This document shows positions 60,042 to 64,000 of a stretch of DNA of 64,000 nt, piece after piece (positions within the stretch are counted from its first letter, which is position 1; the number at the start of each line of letters is the position of its first letter). Location: the NCBI GenBank assembly GCA_963669175.1, contig OY769902.1:3712001-3776000 (forward strand), in the 5' to 3' direction. The translations under genes and the position numbers were made by a program. Under the pieces are notes generated by a model that searched no databases, was not told the DNA's origin, and saw nothing but the letters and a program-made list of their open reading frames with translations. Origin of the DNA: a bacterium (GTDB lineage Bacteria; Electryoneota; Electryoneia; Electryoneales; Electryoneaceae).

Positions 60042-61118
60042 ATGCGTATAGGGATTACAACTGGCGGCGGCGACGCTCCCGGTCTGAATGCGGTCATTCG
60101 TGCAGTAGTAAAAACAGCTCGTAAACGCTTCAACTGGGATGTGATTGGAATCGTAGACGGCTTCTCCGGCCTGATTGATACACGAAGAATTATCAACCTT
60201 ACCGAAGCCAGTGTCCGTGGCATTCTGCCCAAGGGCGGCACCATGCTGGGCACCACCAACCGTGGCAACCCGTTCGAATACGAATACAAGAATCTGGACG
60301 AAAGCGTTACCGTTCTCGACCTGTCTGACAAGTGCATGGAGAACTTTGAAGCGCTTGGTCTGGACGCGCTGGTTGTGATCGGCGGCGACGGTACCCAGGG
60401 AATCGCCCAGCGTTTCTTTGAGAAGGGCATGCCGGTTGTTGGCGTACCCAAGACCATTGACAACGACTTGATGGCTACGGACGTAACATTTGGTTACAAC
60501 ACCGCTGTTACCACAGCCACCGAAGCTATCGACAAGCTGCATACCACCGCCGAAGCCCATCACAGGACGATGGTACTGGAAGTCATGGGACGTGATGCGG
60601 GCTGGATTGCCCTCGAAGCCGGTATCGCCGGTGGCGCTGACCTGATCCTGATCCCGGAAATCCAGTACGATGTAAACGCAGCGCTTAAATATATCAAGCA
60701 GCGTTATGCCCGTGGGAGCACGTTCAGTATTGCCGTCGTCGCTGAAGCGGCCGAACCTCGCTACACCAACGGTGAGGAAAAAGTACACCGCCGTGGCAAT
60801 GATTCGCCCGGCCTGGTGTTCGGCGATTTGATCCGCAAACATTTAAAAGTTGACGTTCGTGTGACCGTATTGGGCCATTTGCAGCGTGGCGGTTCACCCA
60901 CCTGTTATGACCGTATGCTCGGTACACGTTTTGGTGTGAAAGCTGCTGAATTGATCGCGGAAGGCAAGTTCGGCCAGATGGTAACCCTGGACGGCCGCTA
61001 TATCAAGGATGTTTCCATCGCGGAAGCATCCGGACAGCAAAAACTGGTTGAACCGGACGGCGAACTTGTCCGGACTGCGGAATCACTGGGCATTTTCTGC
61101 GGCAGGCCACTGAAGTAA
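60042..61118 (+). CDS. pfkA: 6-phosphofructokinase (PfkA family, group III/mixed-substrate type)
   Basis: GGGDAPGLN, GGTMLGT, GGDGT, PKTIDND, EVMGR, LGHLQRGG. Confidence 0.93.
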   Translation: MRIGITTGGGDAPGLNAVIRAVVKTARKRFNWDVIGIVDGFSGLIDTRRIINLTEASVRGILPKGGTMLGTTNRGNPFEYEYKNLDESVTVLDLSDKCMENFEALGLDALVVIGGDGTQGIAQRFFEKGMPVVGVPKTIDNDLMATDVTFGYNTAVTTATEAIDKLHTTAEAHHRTMVLEVMGRDAGWIALEAGIAGGADLILIPEIQYDVNAALKYIKQRYARGSTFSIAVVAEAAEPRYTNGEEKVHRRGNDSPGLVFGDLIRKHLKVDVRVTVLGHLQRGGSPTCYDRMLGTRFGVKAAELIAEGKFGQMVTLDGRYIKDVSIAEASGQQKLVEPDGELVRTAESLGIFCGRPLK

Positions 61119-61148
61119 CGATTTTCGTATGTGAGACTCACAAACACT

Positions 61149-61178
61149 ACAGCCAGGGAATTCCCTGGCTGTTTTTTC
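61149..61178. terminator. Terminator between pfkA and cheB
   Basis: ACAGCCAGGG-aatt-CCCTGGCTGT TTTTT. Confidence 0.85.
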
Positions 61179-61211
61179 TATAACGAAAAATGAATCGCAC
61201 GATTATGGTTC

Positions 61212-62417
61212 TCAGCGCACCAGTTTGTCAATCCGCTCTGCGATCTTGTTCAACGGCAGGATTTCATCAGCCGCGCCTTTTAACGCCACCGCTCCCGGCA
61301 TACCCCAGACGACACACGTCGCTTCATCCTGCACCAGCGAGTAGGCGCCGGCATCGTGCAGGGTTTCCGACCAGTCCGCACCGTCATTCCCCATCCCGGT
61401 TAGCATGACCATCAGCACATTGCTTCCATAAAGCTTGTGTATGGATTCGTACAGAACTTCAACAGATGGTTTACAGCTCTTGACCGGGGCTGTATCCAGT
61501 ATTTCAAGACGGGGCAATCCTTTTGGTCCCCTGACTACCATATGCTTGCCACCCGGCGCGATATACATCGTTCCGGGTTTTACGTGCATCCCGGCTTCAC
61601 CTTCAACCACAGCAATCTTCGAGTCACGGTTCAGTTTTTCTGCAAGTGTCGCCGTAAAAAGGGGTGGCATATGCTGCACAGCAAGAATCGGCAACGGGAA
61701 ATTGGGCTGGAGCAAGGGAACCAGGTTTTGAAGCGCTTGTGGCCCACCAGTTGAGACACCTAATGCAACAACATCAAACTTCAATCCCACAGATGATCTT
61801 CTGGGGGTGGTCGGAACGACGGATGGCTTGGTAATTGGCGCAATTGGCTGACGGCTTGGTATAACAGGTCGTTCTACCGTTCTCGGCGAAAGACCGGTTC
61901 GGGGAGCCGTTTGACGCGCCCCCCCCGCAGGTGGCGCTGATGCAGACAGTGTTGGCTTTGCCCTTGACGCGGCATCTTCTTCACGTACCATTCGCAAGCG
62001 TTTATTCTTGCGTGCAATTATAAAGAGAGGCGTAAGTTCACGGGTAAGCGTGGTAAGGCTGTCTTTAGATGATGTGCTATCCGGTTTGGTGACAAAATCC
62101 AACGCTCCCAGCGAAAGCGCTTCCATCGTTGTACGCGCCTGGTCAGAACTTATGCCACTGACCATTACCGCATCAATCTTCGGGTGCTTGCGTTTGATCT
62201 TTCGCAGGGTTTCAAGGCCGTCCATACCGGGCATGGTCACATCCAGCAACACCAGGTCCGGTGACAGTTCATCAATTTTCTTCAGCGCATCATGTCCATC
62301 CGTCGCCTGCCCTATCACCTTAGCCCCGGGAATATCCCCGACAACTCGCGATAGAATCTGGCGGTATGTAAAAGAATCATCCACAACAAGGACATTCAAT
62401 TCAACTGTCTGCGGCAT
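61212..62417 (-). CDS. cheB: Chemotaxis response regulator protein-glutamate methylesterase
   Basis: Receiver domain; STGGP, VQHMP, LTGMG.DG, VVWGMP. Confidence 0.95.
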   Translation of the reverse strand: MPQTVELNVLVVDDSFTYRQILSRVVGDIPGAKVIGQATDGHDALKKIDELSPDLVLLDVTMPGMDGLETLRKIKRKHPKIDAVMVSGISSDQARTTMEALSLGALDFVTKPDSTSSKDSLTTLTRELTPLFIIARKNKRLRMVREEDAASRAKPTLSASAPPAGGARQTAPRTGLSPRTVERPVIPSRQPIAPITKPSVVPTTPRRSSVGLKFDVVALGVSTGGPQALQNLVPLLQPNFPLPILAVQHMPPLFTATLAEKLNRDSKIAVVEGEAGMHVKPGTMYIAPGGKHMVVRGPKGLPRLEILDTAPVKSCKPSVEVLYESIHKLYGSNVLMVMLTGMGNDGADWSETLHDAGAYSLVQDEATCVVWGMPGAVALKGAADEILPLNKIAERIDKLVR

Positions 62418-62499
62418 CCAGATTCGCCCTCTTTATGGCCTTTGCTGTTTTGTCCCGACGAGATTATATATAGAATACAACCTGTTTTTTTGACGGCGG

Positions 62500-63006
62500 C
62501 TACTCCGCTGCAGTCAATGCACGATTAAGAACTGCCGGATGATCCAGGATGAGAACCAGTCGATCCTCCAGTTTCACCACACCTTCAATGATTCCACTCT
62601 CAACTTCGCTCATGTTGCTCGGTGGTGACAGGATCTCATCCGAATCAATTGTGATTACTTCATCCATCCGTTTTATCAGGAGTCCAACAATGTCATCTCC
62701 CACCCTGGCATTGGCAATCTCCTCATCATCCTGGTGCAGCGCCTGCAACTCAGCGCCGGTTTTCATAATGAGAAGACGTGTATTCTCAAGCGATTCCCTT
62801 GATTTTCCTGTCAGATAATACTCCAGATCGATAATAGTGACGATCTTACCCCGCAGGTTTACCAGTCCGGTAATCTCCCTGGGCGCTCCCGGGACCGGGC
62901 TGGTTCTGAGTTGACGGTGAACTTCCTTGATGAACAGAATGTCAATCCCAAGAATTGTGTCACCTACCAGGAATGTAGCTATCTGCTGATTCATTGTCAG
63001 CTCCAC
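62500..63006 (-). CDS. cheW: Chemotaxis protein CheW
   Basis: VPGAP..I.GLVNLRG.IVTIIDL. Confidence 0.93.
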   Translation of the reverse strand: MELTMNQQIATFLVGDTILGIDILFIKEVHRQLRTSPVPGAPREITGLVNLRGKIVTIIDLEYYLTGKSRESLENTRLLIMKTGAELQALHQDDEEIANARVGDDIVGLLIKRMDEVITIDSDEILSPPSNMSEVESGIIEGVVKLEDRLVLILDHPAVLNRALTAAE

Positions 63007-64000
63007 TAACTCTGTACTGTTTGTGAAATCATCCGATCAATCTTTTGTAGAATCCTGTCCTTGTTCAATTTGGATTCCCAATCGGTGAAACCAAGCTGCT
63101 TCCCTTTTTCCAGGCTGGCCTCATCACCCAGCGAGGTTACCGCCAGGACCGGGATGTTTTTCCACCGCTGATCCTTACGCATCTCCTCGATGACCCCCCA
63201 ACCGTCCAACCGTGGCATCAGGATATCCAGAATAACAGCATCGTATTCATGCTCCGCCAGTTTTTCCAATGCCTTCTCACCATCTTCGGCCGTATGCACT
63301 TCATAGGAAGCGGACTCCAGGTAATCACGTTCGACCATGCGGAAAAACGGTGTATCGTCAACAACAAGAATACGCGGTTTCCTGTCCAGTTTCTCTTTTT
63401 TGAATTCCTCCTGCCCGAACCAGGAAGGTTCAGCCATTTCAAACAGACGGTACAGGTCAGGCATCAGGGTGATTCGTTCTTTGATAATCGCGCTACCGAA
63501 CAACCCAGGGGCAATGATCGTCTTTGTGTCAAGTTCAACCGTGGTTTCCACAGTATCAATAATACGGTTGATCACAACGCCGATCGGCTTTCCACCAATC
63601 TTGGGAATAATGATGCCGATTTCGGTACTATCATCACGATGCGGCGCCTGAACAGGCAGGTAATCCTCCAGCATTAACAACCGTAATTTTTGCTTTCTGT
63701 ACTGGTAATAAGGTTTGTTTTCCAGCCATTCGATATCTGAATAGCTGATTTTTTCAATCCGTGTGATAAGATTCAGCGGCAGCGCAAACCGTTCACTGGC
63801 GCCATTATCAAACACCAACAGGTTTAGAATCTCCCCCGTCTGCTCCTGTTCTTCTGCACTATGATCATCAACGTGCGATTTCATTTTATCGCCGAGGTTT
63901 TCCAGCTTGACCAGGCCGGCAATGCCTGGAGGATCAAGAATCATAGCCACACTGCCATCGCCCATAATTGTTGTTCCACTGAAGCTCTTCATCCGTTGCA
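63006..64000 (-). CDS. cheA: Hybrid CheA C-terminus (CheW-like domains + receiver), partial
   Basis: SGTTIMGDGSVAMILD (CheA P5 end), second CheW-like domain, REC domain; 5' end beyond the window. Confidence 0.87.
   Translation of the reverse strand, partial: QRMKSFSGTTIMGDGSVAMILDPPGIAGLVKLENLGDKMKSHVDDHSAEEQEQTGEILNLLVFDNGASERFALPLNLITRIEKISYSDIEWLENKPYYQYRKQKLRLLMLEDYLPVQAPHRDDSTEIGIIIPKIGGKPIGVVINRIIDTVETTVELDTKTIIAPGLFGSAIIKERITLMPDLYRLFEMAEPSWFGQEEFKKEKLDRKPRILVVDDTPFFRMVERDYLESASYEVHTAEDGEKALEKLAEHEYDAVILDILMPRLDGWGVIEEMRKDQRWKNIPVLAVTSLGDEASLEKGKQLGFTDWESKLNKDRILQKIDRMISQTVQS

Noticed and set aside
59934-60842. 302-aa antisense ORF over pfkA (likewise 27268-27987 over pta and other shadow ORFs)
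   Set aside because: These are antisense shadows of well-supported genes, caused by codon bias, and show no motifs.

Overview
Bacterial chromosomal window, probably from an FCB-superphylum lineage. This is inferred from seven secreted proteins ending in a 'PNPFN...K' T9SS-type-A-like C-terminal domain; the window also carries chemotaxis genes. Housekeeping and ordinary genes include an S9 peptidase, GT9, a YhhQ-type transporter, a STAS/PP2C/RsbW partner-switch operon, coaD-pta, csp, purA, pfkA and cheA/W/B. Interspersed are a BsuBI/PstI-type restriction-modification pair with an orphan HigA, a low-GC FRG-containing patch, and an isochorismatase/oxidoreductase/RlmN-like radical SAM operon. Three mobile or repeat structures stand out. 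(1) A ~1.8 kb element (39535-41324) is bounded by 19-bp terminal inverted repeats and encodes only two paralogous DUF1670-like proteins, with no recognisable transposase. (2) Two ~395-bp MITEs with Tn5-mosaic-end-like termini and 10-bp target duplications are inserted independently at the same site of a REP-like repeat. (3) Two copies of a ~310-320-bp IR-bounded element carry four cross-complementary arms around two variable 62-70-nt loops. No rRNA, tRNA or CRISPR array was seen. All family assignments come from motif recognition by eye, not from database searches.
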